A DNA stretch of 32,000 bases from Breznakia sp. PF5-3. GTDB lineage: Bacteria > Bacillota_I > Bacilli_A > Erysipelotrichales > Erysipelotrichaceae. Under the pieces are notes generated by a model that was not told the origin of the DNA, did no database searches, and worked only from the letters and a program-made list of their open reading frames with translations. Where the stretch lies: positions 1 through 32,000 of the forward strand of contig NZ_JAQFIQ010000007.1 in the NCBI RefSeq assembly GCF_029504745.1, given 5' to 3'. Shown here one piece after another: positions 18,105 through 26,354 of the stretch. Position 1 is the stretch's first letter; each line of letters starts with the position of its first letter. Made by a program: the position numbers and the translations under genes.

Positions 18105-18758
18105 ATGAGCTCTGAGTGGTCAGATTTGAATAAAACCATGCAAAATCAAATAAAGAAAAAAGATTCTTTTAATGATGGGATTAATACATTGTTAGAATTA
18201 CGCAAGGGGTTGTTGAAGGAAATTTTCAAGTTCAAAGACACTATAAAGAGAAATGATTTTGATAAGATACCATTTATAAATGCAAAGGGATATCACAACA
18301 AGACGATTGTTTATTCACTTTGGCATATTTTTCGGATTGAGGATATCGTTACACATACGTTAATCCAAAAAGATAAGCAAATTTTCTTTGATAAGGATTA
18401 TCAAAAACGAATAAACTCTCCTATCATTACTACTGGAAATGAATTAGTAAAAGAAGAAATTTCTGATTTTTCCAAAGACCTTAACTTGGATGAACTCTAT
18501 CAATATATAGTTGATGTTAACGAAAGTACGATAGAATTGTTAAGAAATTTGTCTTATTCTGATTTGAAAATCCAAATGAGTAATATGGATAAAGAACAAA
18601 TAAAAGAGTTAAAGGTTGTAAGTGATGATGAAAATGCTGCTTGGCTGATTGATTACTGGTGCAAAAAAAATATTAAAGGATTAATTACAATGCCTTTATC
18701 AAGGCATTGGATAATGCATGTTGATGCCTGTTCCAGAATCTTAAAGAAAGTATTGTGA
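18105..18758 (+). CDS. hypothetical protein, possibly DinB/YfiT-like helical bundle
   Basis: 217 aa with RBS GAGGAGG. The His-containing helices LWHIFRIEDIVTH and SRHWIMHVDAC are reminiscent of DinB_2, but the assignment is weak. Confidence 0.35.
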   Translation: MSSEWSDLNKTMQNQIKKKDSFNDGINTLLELRKGLLKEIFKFKDTIKRNDFDKIPFINAKGYHNKTIVYSLWHIFRIEDIVTHTLIQKDKQIFFDKDYQKRINSPIITTGNELVKEEISDFSKDLNLDELYQYIVDVNESTIELLRNLSYSDLKIQMSNMDKEQIKELKVVSDDENAAWLIDYWCKKNIKGLITMPLSRHWIMHVDACSRILKKVL

Positions 18759-18823
18759 AAATGAACAGCTTAGATTTTATAAATATAATATCTACATTAA
18801 TTTCATCAACATTTAAAATTTTA

Positions 18824-18852
18824 TTGACAACGCTTACATTATAAGGTATTCT
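18824..18852 (+). promoter_or_regulatory. putative sigma-A promoter of the PTS/peptidase locus
   Basis: TTGACA (18824-18829), a 17-nt spacer, then TATTCT (weak -10). Confidence 0.45.
18825..18838 (+). promoter_or_regulatory. cre (CcpA catabolite-responsive element) overlapping the -35 box
   Basis: TGACAACGCTTACA fits TGWNANCGNTNWCA at every constrained position. Confidence 0.6.
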
Positions 18853-18873
18853 AACATTGAAGATTGATCGTTA

Positions 18874-18918
18874 GGGTTGTGATTTTTATTTAATAATAGA
18901 AAGCAAGGCCTATCATCC
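18874..18918 (+). promoter_or_regulatory. putative RAT (ribonucleic antiterminator) 1
   Basis: GGGTTGTGA...AAAGCAAGGCCTATCATCC resembles GGATTGTTACTG...CAGGCAAAACC with an enlarged loop. Its 3' half overlaps the 5' arm of the terminator, the classic LicT/SacY arrangement. Confidence 0.4.
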
Positions 18919-18955
18919 AATTAGTAATTGGTTTGATGGTGCATTGCTTTTTTTT
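18901..18955 (+). terminator. leader terminator (attenuator) upstream of EIIA-licT
   Basis: A long imperfect hairpin, AAGCAAGGCCTATCATCCAATTA / TAATTGGTTTGATGGTGCATTGCTT, followed by T8. It lies 25 nt before the EIIA RBS. Confidence 0.75.
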
Positions 18956-18979
18956 GTTAAAAAACAGAGGAGGTAAATA

Positions 18980-19426
18980 ATGGAAATATTATATAGCCCA
19001 GTCAAAGGGTGTGCGATTAAATTAGAAAAGGTGAATGATGAAATGTTTTCACAAAAAATGCTAGGTGATGGAATTGCAGTTATACCAGAAAATGATGAGT
19101 TTGCTTCACCGATTGATGGAGAGATAACACTTGTTTATGAAACGCAACACGCAATTGCAATAAAAACAGAAAAGGATACAGAAATATTGATTCATATCGG
19201 AATCGACACAATGAATTTAGAAGGAGAACCCTTTGACACAAAAGTAAAAGTTGGGGATAAAGTAAAAAAGGGCGATTTATTAACACGAATTAATTGGAGT
19301 ATCATTTTGAAAAAGGGGTTAGAAAAGGTGGTGCCAATTATTGTGTTAAACAAAGAAGTGCAAACAGTGGATAACAATGAAGAAATAGAGATAGAAGTAG
19401 GAGATCCATTGTTAAGTATTGAATAG
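18980..19426 (+). CDS. PTS EIIA component, glucose family
   Basis: 148 aa. MFSQKMLGDGIAV.P, HAIAIKT and ILIHIGIDT (the two conserved His) are EIIA-Glc signatures. Confidence 0.9.
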   Translation: MEILYSPVKGCAIKLEKVNDEMFSQKMLGDGIAVIPENDEFASPIDGEITLVYETQHAIAIKTEKDTEILIHIGIDTMNLEGEPFDTKVKVGDKVKKGDLLTRINWSIILKKGLEKVVPIIVLNKEVQTVDNNEEIEIEVGDPLLSIE

Positions 19427-19447
19427 ATTATATGGAGGTAGCCAAAG

Positions 19448-20278
19448 ATGATTGCAAAGAAAGTTTATAACAACAATATAGTTATGGCAATTGATGAAGA
19501 TAGTAACGAAGTAATTCTTGCGGGAAAAGGGGTTGCCTATGGATTGAAAAAAGGGGATACGATAGATAAACATAGAGTTGAAAAGAGGTTTGAATTAAAA
19601 AAGGATACAAGAACTCGGTTTGGAGAATTGATTCAAGATATACCATTAGATTATGTCATTATTTCAGAAGAAATAATTGCTTATATAAAAGAAAAAAGTG
19701 GTAAGAAAATCAATGATAGTATTTATGTAACATTAACTGATCATATAGTTAATTCTATCGAAAGAATTAAAATGGGAATAGATTTTGATATGACTTTATT
19801 GGTAAATGTAAAAACGTTATATAAAGAAGAATTCAAATTAGCATTGCACGCAGTAGATATGTTAAGAGATTATTTTAAAATTACGTTTAGTGATGATGAA
19901 GCATATTTTATTACTTTGCATATTGTAAATTCTCAGTTTGAATCCAACATGATGGAAATGTATACAATAACATCTATATTAGAAAATATTACGAGTATTG
20001 TTAATCAAAACTTTGATATTGATATAGAGGATAATTATAATTATGATCGTTTTATGACACATTGTAGATTTTTTATTCAAAGGATTATTAATCAAGAACA
20101 CTTTGAGCAAAATAGTGCTTTGAATTATACATTAATGGAATCCGCAAAAGAAAAACTACCAAAGCAAATGGAGTGTGTGAACGAGATTGCTACATATGTT
20201 GAAAAAAAATATGGATATGTAACCAGTGAAGATGAAAAGATGTATTTACTTTTTCATTTAGGAAGATTAACAGAATAG
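19448..20278 (+). CDS. licT: BglG/LicT/SacY family transcription antiterminator
   Basis: 276 aa. The N-terminal CAT RNA-binding domain (KVYNNNIVMA.D....EVILAGKGVAYG.KKGD.ID) is followed by two PRD-like halves (TLTDHI.., FITLHI..). Confidence 0.9.
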   Translation: MIAKKVYNNNIVMAIDEDSNEVILAGKGVAYGLKKGDTIDKHRVEKRFELKKDTRTRFGELIQDIPLDYVIISEEIIAYIKEKSGKKINDSIYVTLTDHIVNSIERIKMGIDFDMTLLVNVKTLYKEEFKLALHAVDMLRDYFKITFSDDEAYFITLHIVNSQFESNMMEMYTITSILENITSIVNQNFDIDIEDNYNYDRFMTHCRFFIQRIINQEHFEQNSALNYTLMESAKEKLPKQMECVNEIATYVEKKYGYVTSEDEKMYLLFHLGRLTE

Positions 20279-20484
20279 AATAGATAATAAACGTATCTTG
20301 GGGTTGTTTGTTTTACTAATTTACCAAATGCGACAATGTATTTAAATACATGGGAATACGTTATTATACATCAAGCAAAAAAAAGGATATATGTAATAGG
20401 AATTGTTTGGTGATTTAAAAATTAGTAGAAAGGGATATGATGAAAGTCCAAGTCATCATACTAGGTTTGAAATAAAATAAAATT

Positions 20485-20514
20485 GGATGGTTACAGTAAG
20501 GCTGGCCAAACCTC
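20485..20514 (+). promoter_or_regulatory. RAT 2 upstream of the EIIBC gene
   Basis: GGATGGTTACAGTAAGGCTGGCCAAACCTC versus the B. subtilis-type RAT GGATTGTTACTGcattcgCAGGCAAAACC. Both conserved halves are present. Confidence 0.6.
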
Positions 20515-20553
20515 TTAATAGTTTTTAATTAATTATTGAGGAGGAAATGAAGA

Positions 20554-21981
20554 ATGAAATATATTGAAATGTCAAAAGTTGTGTTAGAGAATGTTGGGGG
20601 ATTAGAAAATATAAAGTTTGTTGAAAGATGTGCCACACGTTTGCGAATTCACTTCTTTAAAAAATCAAAAGTAGATCTAGAAGCTATAAAAAAAGCAGAA
20701 GGTGTTATGGGGGTAGTTGAAAAAGGGGGACAAATTCAATTAATTATAGGTCCAACAGTTCAAGAAGCTTATACTGATTTTTTAGAAGTATCAGGATTTA
20801 AATTATCAGGTAATGAATCTCCTGTTTCAGATGATAATGAGGAAGAAGAGAAGAACTTCTCTTATTATGTAAATGCATTTGGTAGTTTTGCAGCAGGTGT
20901 ATTTATGCCGATTATTCCAGCTTTGGTTACAGGGGGATTAATTTTATCAATTAAAAATTTATTAGTTAATTACATGGGATTTGGTGTAGACTCTGGAACT
21001 GCACAGATTATGTTAGCAATTTTCAGTGCGGGTTTCTCTATGTTACCAGTTTGGATAGGATATACATTATCAAGTAAATTGAAGATGGAACCTATTATGG
21101 GAGCATTTTTAGGAGCAGTTCTTGTAAGTGGGTCAATAAGTGGAGTTGAAGGACTAGATTTTTTTGGTATTTCAGTTCCGGCAGTTGCTTATGAAAGTAG
21201 TGTAATGCCAATTGTATTTGGTGTTGTTTTTATGTATTTTGTGAATAAATTACTTGTTAAAATCATTCCTGATATGGTAGTTTTCTTTTTAAAACCACTG
21301 TTAACAATGGCAATTGTTGTGCCAGTAACATTAATTGTTTTGGGACCAATTGGAACTGAATTGAGTGGTGCGGTTGGAAACTTTATGGAAGCTTTTATGG
21401 GAGTTGCTGGATGGCTAGCAGTCCCTGTAATTGCAGCTTTATACCCATATATGGTTATGCTTGGATTGGATAAGGCAATTACAGTTATTATGATTGAATC
21501 GATTGCTACAACAGGAGCAGATAATTGGGTGTTAGTAACTGGACTTGTATCAAATTTATGTATTGGTGCAGCAGCATTGGCAGTCGCATTGCATGTAAGA
21601 GATAGAAAACAAAAAGGGCTGGTTGCATCTTTTGGTGTAACTGCACTTTGTGGAGTTACTGAACCTGCATTTTATGGTTCTTTGATTATGCGTCCAAAAT
21701 GCCTTGTTGGAGTTGCAACAGGAGCAATTGCTGGTGGGTTAGTAGCTGGTATCTTTGGACTTCAAAACTACGTTGTAGGAGGTTGCCCAGGATTATTGAC
21801 CGCTTTATTCTTCTTGCCAGAAGATGGAAGTATGGGAAACTTTATTTTATTTTGGATAGTATGTGCAATTTCGATTGTTGTATCGTTTGTTGCAACAACA
21901 TTTATTTTAAAAAGAATGAATAAAGTAAGTGAAACGGAAATTGATATGGTAGGAGAAACTGAAACAGTTACTGCAAAATAA
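20554..21981 (+). CDS. PTS EIIBC component, glucose/beta-glucoside family
   Basis: 475 aa. The EIIB phospho-Cys motif ERCATRLRIHF is followed by a polytopic EIIC domain. GAGGAGG RBS 9 nt upstream. Confidence 0.9.
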   Translation: MKYIEMSKVVLENVGGLENIKFVERCATRLRIHFFKKSKVDLEAIKKAEGVMGVVEKGGQIQLIIGPTVQEAYTDFLEVSGFKLSGNESPVSDDNEEEEKNFSYYVNAFGSFAAGVFMPIIPALVTGGLILSIKNLLVNYMGFGVDSGTAQIMLAIFSAGFSMLPVWIGYTLSSKLKMEPIMGAFLGAVLVSGSISGVEGLDFFGISVPAVAYESSVMPIVFGVVFMYFVNKLLVKIIPDMVVFFLKPLLTMAIVVPVTLIVLGPIGTELSGAVGNFMEAFMGVAGWLAVPVIAALYPYMVMLGLDKAITVIMIESIATTGADNWVLVTGLVSNLCIGAAALAVALHVRDRKQKGLVASFGVTALCGVTEPAFYGSLIMRPKCLVGVATGAIAGGLVAGIFGLQNYVVGGCPGLLTALFFLPEDGSMGNFILFWIVCAISIVVSFVATTFILKRMNKVSETEIDMVGETETVTAK

Positions 21982-21986
21982 TTCGC

Positions 21987-22020
21987 AAAGACTCCTACTA
22001 TAATAGGAGTCTTTGTTTCT
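21987..22020 (+). terminator. intra-locus hairpin / leaky terminator between EIIBC and the peptidase genes
   Basis: AAAGACTCCTA-ctataa-TAGGAGTCTTT followed by GTTTCT (interrupted U tract). Confidence 0.55.
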
Positions 22021-22047
22021 ATAAAAAGCAGACAGAGAGGACTAAAT

Positions 22048-23487
22048 ATGAAAGTTTTAGTTGGAGAATTTGTCACCGAGTCTAATTCAAATGTTCCAAA
22101 TATGTGTGAACTTAAGGATTATGATATAAGCTTTGGTGATGAATGTATAAGAAAAATGAAAATTAGGGATGTATTTGATAAAAATAATATCAAATTGATA
22201 CCTTCTATATATGCAAATGCAGGCGCATCAGGAGTTATAGAAAAAGCTAGTTTTCAATATATTGAAAACTACTTATTAAAAAAGATAAAAAACCATATCC
22301 ATGAAATTGATGGAATTTTTCTAATGCTTCATGGTGCAAGCGAGGTGCAAGGAATAGGTTCAGGAGATCATCATATTTTGAAAGAAATTCGGAGATTGGT
22401 AGGTGAATATATGCCAGTTGCTGTTGTATGTGATCCACATGGAAATCTTGAAAAAGAATATGTAGAAGCAATACAAATTCTTAGAAGTTATCGTGAATCT
22501 CCACACATTGATGCAGATAAAACAATGCATATTGTAGCCCAAATGCTTTGTGACCTTTTAAAAAACCGTAGATCAATGCATGCAATTTATAGAAAATTGC
22601 CATTAATATTGGGTGGTGAGCAAAGTGTGTCAGAGGATGAGCCTGTACATTCAATCAATACATATTTAAATACATTGGAAAAAGATGAAAAAATCATGAG
22701 CGCATCATGGCATGTAGGCTATTTACGACATGATTGCGAAGTTGCAGGTTGTGGAATCGTGATTGTTCCAAGTGACGATAAACATCAAAAATATGCAAAT
22801 CAAAAAGCAGATGAATTAGCAGCTTATGTCTGGAGCAAAAGATATGATTTTCATTATACAGGATTGACGATGTCGTTAGAAGAATCATTAAAATATGCGT
22901 ATGCATTTAAGGAGAAACCATTTTTTATTACTGATTCAGGTGACAATGTGACTTCGGGAGCAACAGGATGGAATACCTACTTATTGGAGAATGTCTTAAA
23001 GACCAATACAGTGAATAAAAAGATTCTTTTCGCTTCTATTTGTGATCCTGATACCTATAATCAATTATCAAAAGTTGAAGATTCAATAATTGATATTGAA
23101 CTTGGTGTTGGTTATGACGAGTTAAGTAAACCAATTCGAGGGAAGGTGAAGATTGTAGGAAATGGAGAACTTTTTGGTTTCATGATGCATGATCCTGATT
23201 CTATTTTCGGACAGTGTGTAACGGCTAATTTCGTGGGTACGAACATTGATGTAATTATTGCAAATACAAATTGGGCGTTGTGTGAACTACAGCAATTTAA
23301 GAAGATTGGAATTGATGTAAAAGATTACGATATTGTAGTTGTGAAACAAGGGTATATATTTCCAGAATTGAAAGCAATTGGTGCGGGGAATGTGATGGCA
23401 TTGACGGATGGTGCAACTCCACAAGATACAGCATCATTAAAATTCAAACGTATTATGAGACCAATGTTTCCGATTGACAAGATATAA
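22048..23487 (+). CDS. M81 family metallopeptidase (MlrC-like; DUF1485 + MlrC C-terminal domain), paralog 1
   Basis: 479 aa. The MKVLVGEFVTESNSNVP N-terminus (compare MlrC G.F.HETNTF), LHGA, CDPHGN, SWHVGY and DSGDN blocks are typical of the MlrC/DUF1485 family. Confidence 0.75.
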   Translation: MKVLVGEFVTESNSNVPNMCELKDYDISFGDECIRKMKIRDVFDKNNIKLIPSIYANAGASGVIEKASFQYIENYLLKKIKNHIHEIDGIFLMLHGASEVQGIGSGDHHILKEIRRLVGEYMPVAVVCDPHGNLEKEYVEAIQILRSYRESPHIDADKTMHIVAQMLCDLLKNRRSMHAIYRKLPLILGGEQSVSEDEPVHSINTYLNTLEKDEKIMSASWHVGYLRHDCEVAGCGIVIVPSDDKHQKYANQKADELAAYVWSKRYDFHYTGLTMSLEESLKYAYAFKEKPFFITDSGDNVTSGATGWNTYLLENVLKTNTVNKKILFASICDPDTYNQLSKVEDSIIDIELGVGYDELSKPIRGKVKIVGNGELFGFMMHDPDSIFGQCVTANFVGTNIDVIIANTNWALCELQQFKKIGIDVKDYDIVVVKQGYIFPELKAIGAGNVMALTDGATPQDTASLKFKRIMRPMFPIDKI

Positions 23488-23501
23488 GGAGGTATAGAAC
23501 A

Positions 23502-24950
23502 ATGAAAATATTAGTTGCAAAGTTTGTTTTAGAAGCTAATGCCAATGTACCAATGATGAGCGATTTAGAAAACACAGCTCTTTCTTTTGGTGAAGAGGCC
23601 CTTACTCATATGCAATTAGGAGATGTTTTTCGTGATGAAGATATAGAATTGATTCCTGTGATTTGCGCAGATGCAGGATGTAGTGGAGTGATGAAAAAGA
23701 AGGCTTTCAATTATATTGAACAGAGTATTTTAGATGCAATCAAAGAAAATCGTAATGAAATTGATGCTATTTATCTTCATTTACATGGAGCAAGTGAAAT
23801 TGAAGATTTAGAAGCTGGATCAGGGGAACATCATTTATTGAAGGAAGTACGAAAAATAGTAGGTCCTTATATGCCGATTGGAATTTCTTGTGATCCTCAC
23901 GGAAATCTTTGTAAGGAATATGTAGAGAGCGCAAACATTATCCGTTCTTTTCGTGAAGCCCCACATACAGATATTCCAGAAACTGTACAATTTGTTTGTC
24001 GTGAATTAGTGAAATTAGTTCGTGAACGAAGAAGGATTACTCCTGTTTATCGAAAATTACCTTTAATTTTAGGCGGAGAACAAACCGTTTCTTTAGATGA
24101 ACCAGTGAAATCAATTAATTGTTTTATGGATGCTTTAGAAGAGGATGAAAGAATTTTAAGTGCATCATGGCATGTTGGGTATATCCGTCATGATACGCCA
24201 GTCGCAGGTTGTGGGATTGTGGTTATACCATGCGATGATAAATATCGTGATTATGCAAATGAAAAGGCAGATGAGCTAGCATCCTTTGTTTTTGATCGTC
24301 GTCATGAATTTCATTACACGGGAATTACTAAACAACCTGAAGAAGCATTGAATATGGCTTTAAACTTTGAAGGGAGACCAGTTGTGATATCCGATTCAGG
24401 TGATAATGTAACATCAGGTTCTATGGGAGTGAATACATTTATTCTTGAACAAGTGATAAGTGTAGAGAAGCTTCAAAAAAAAGTTTTATTTGCATCTATC
24501 CATGATGTGAACACATATCAACAACTAATGAGTTATTCAATTGGTTCTATAGTAACTATTAAGGTAGGAATGGGAATAGATGAATTGTCAAAACCGGTGG
24601 AATTAAAAGTAACGGTTAAATATAAAGGTCGACAAGAAGGAACGCGGATGTATGGTGAAGATGGTGATTATGGAGGATTGGTTAGAGTGTCGGTGGTTAA
24701 TAAACCAATTGATATTGTCATATGCGAAAATAATCATTCCTTTGTTGAGATTCATCAAATTGAAGCATGTGGTTGTAGTTTAGATGATTATGATATTTTG
24801 ATAGTGAAACAGGGATATATTCATCCTGAACTTTTAGAAGCTGGAAAGCTTTGTATTATGTCTTTGACTAAAGGTGCAACACTTCAGGATACATCGGCAT
24901 TAGATTTTAAATTAATCATGCGCCCAATGTTTCCGATCGATAATATATAG
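23502..24950 (+). CDS. M81 family metallopeptidase (MlrC-like), paralog 2
   Basis: 482 aa with RBS AAGGAGG. Collinear with paralog 1 over the full length, sharing roughly half the positions by eye and the same LHGA / CDPHGN / SWHVGY / DSGDNVTSG / MRPMFPID blocks. Confidence 0.75.
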   Translation: MKILVAKFVLEANANVPMMSDLENTALSFGEEALTHMQLGDVFRDEDIELIPVICADAGCSGVMKKKAFNYIEQSILDAIKENRNEIDAIYLHLHGASEIEDLEAGSGEHHLLKEVRKIVGPYMPIGISCDPHGNLCKEYVESANIIRSFREAPHTDIPETVQFVCRELVKLVRERRRITPVYRKLPLILGGEQTVSLDEPVKSINCFMDALEEDERILSASWHVGYIRHDTPVAGCGIVVIPCDDKYRDYANEKADELASFVFDRRHEFHYTGITKQPEEALNMALNFEGRPVVISDSGDNVTSGSMGVNTFILEQVISVEKLQKKVLFASIHDVNTYQQLMSYSIGSIVTIKVGMGIDELSKPVELKVTVKYKGRQEGTRMYGEDGDYGGLVRVSVVNKPIDIVICENNHSFVEIHQIEACGCSLDDYDILIVKQGYIHPELLEAGKLCIMSLTKGATLQDTSALDFKLIMRPMFPIDNI

Positions 24951-24959
24951 GAGATGAAA

Positions 24960-26336
24960 ATGATTGAACTTAAAAGAGTAAAACGGCCAGAGGTTGAGTA
25001 TAATATTCAACCAGTAGAATTGAGTGATGATACGATAAAAGAACGTAAAAATAAAATATTAAAGGGAATGAAATGTGATGATATTGATGTAATCATCATT
25101 TATGCAGATTTAGAACATGGTTCCAATTTTGAATATCTATGTGGATTTTTGCCAAGATTTGAAGAAGCATTACTTGTATTGCATAGTAATGGAGAAGCCT
25201 ATATGGTATTAGGCAATGAGAATTTGAATAAAGCCTCAAAGGCACGCATTAAAGTAAATGCTATTCATATGCCACATTTTTCATTACCTAATCAACCGAT
25301 GGATAATACTAGAAAAGTATCTCAGATATTAGCAGAATGTAAAATAAATCAAGCTAAAAAAATAGGAATTGTAGGTTGGAAGAATTTCACAAATACGATA
25401 GAAGATTACAGTCAATTGTTTGATATTCCATACTTTGTGATGGATGGATTAAAGGAAGTATGTCCTAATGCAAAATTTGTGAATGGAACATATTTATTTA
25501 TTGGTGAAGAAGGAGCTCGTAATACGAATAATGCAAATGAAATTGCACATTATGAATTTGGAGCTACTTTGGCTGGAAATTGTATGTTGGAAGCATTGGC
25601 AGAGTTTGAAATTGGAAAAAGTGAAATGGAGATAGCATCAAGACTTTCATCTTATGGACAAAGGCATAGTGTTGTTACCATTATGGCTGCAGGAGAAAGG
25701 TTTATAAATGCAAATATGTATCCAAGTTCTAATGAGGTAAAACTGGGTGATAAAATATCTATTACAACTGGTTACAAAGGAGGACTTCAAAGCCGTGGTG
25801 GATATGCTGTTAGTGATGAAGAACAACTTCCAATTAATGAAAGAGATTATGTAAATAGAGTTGCTAAGCCATATTTTAAAGCAGTTGTCACATGGTTAGA
25901 AATGATAAAAATTGGAATAGATGGTACAACATTATATAGTGCAATCAATACGGTTTTACCAAAGGATCAATATGGATGGAGTTTAAATCCAGGTCATCTA
26001 TGTGCTGATGAAGAATGGCTATCTTCACCTGTATATCCAAATTCAAAAGAAGAAATCAAAAGTGGAATGTTATTTCAGATTGATATCATTCCGTCAATAA
26101 AAGGTTATGGAGGAGCAAGTTGTGAGAGTGGTGTTGTTCTTGCAGATGCTAATTTACGTGCTGAAATAAAAAGTAAATATCCACAAATGTGGCAACGATT
26201 TGTGAACAGAAGAAAATTTATAATGGAAGAATTGGGAATTGAATTAAATGAAGAAGTATTACCAACAAGTATAGCAACAGCATACTTTACTCCTTATCTT
26301 TTAAACAAAGATAAAGTATTAGCAGTAATAAAATAA
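24960..26336 (+). CDS. M24/creatinase-fold (pita-bread) protein, aminopeptidase-P-like with atypical metal site
   Basis: The track start 24954 abuts AGGAG, and ATG 24960 has 6-nt spacing. The N-terminal creatinase-N-like region (DIDVIIIYA...) is followed by NANEIAHYEFGATLAGNCMLEALAEFEIGKSEMEIASRL, then GD.ISI and PGH, typical of the M24 fold. Confidence 0.55.
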   Translation: MIELKRVKRPEVEYNIQPVELSDDTIKERKNKILKGMKCDDIDVIIIYADLEHGSNFEYLCGFLPRFEEALLVLHSNGEAYMVLGNENLNKASKARIKVNAIHMPHFSLPNQPMDNTRKVSQILAECKINQAKKIGIVGWKNFTNTIEDYSQLFDIPYFVMDGLKEVCPNAKFVNGTYLFIGEEGARNTNNANEIAHYEFGATLAGNCMLEALAEFEIGKSEMEIASRLSSYGQRHSVVTIMAAGERFINANMYPSSNEVKLGDKISITTGYKGGLQSRGGYAVSDEEQLPINERDYVNRVAKPYFKAVVTWLEMIKIGIDGTTLYSAINTVLPKDQYGWSLNPGHLCADEEWLSSPVYPNSKEEIKSGMLFQIDIIPSIKGYGGASCESGVVLADANLRAEIKSKYPQMWQRFVNRRKFIMEELGIELNEEVLPTSIATAYFTPYLLNKDKVLAVIK

Positions 26337-26354
26337 ATGAAAGAGAGGCAAATA

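Noticed and set aside
20290-20362. 16-bp perfect palindrome ATGTATTTAAATACAT with outer AACGTAT/ATACGTT arms as the licT terminator
   Set aside because: The stem is entirely AT-rich and no U-tract follows it, so it is not a convincing intrinsic terminator. I kept it only as part of the structured-leader finding.
20437-20475. 12-codon mini-ORF (MMKVQVIILGLK*) in the licT-EIIBC spacer as a possible leader peptide
   Set aside because: The GGGA-type RBS has only ~2-nt spacing, and no regulatory codon pattern is present. LicT/RAT systems do not use leader peptides. It is mentioned only as a curiosity.
21699-22076. Alternative-frame ORF 21699..21923 (+) and antisense ORF 21768..22076 (-) at the end of the EIIBC gene
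   Set aside because: Both overlap the conserved EIIC C-terminus. The Cys/Trp-rich or low-complexity translations and the lack of an RBS argue against expression.
22048-24950. Interpreting the MlrC-like genes as a microcystin-degradation (mlr) cluster
   Set aside because: No mlrA, mlrB or mlrD homologs are present. The host looks like an anaerobic Firmicute, and the genes are embedded in a PTS sugar locus. Family membership (M81) is retained, but the microcystinase function is rejected.
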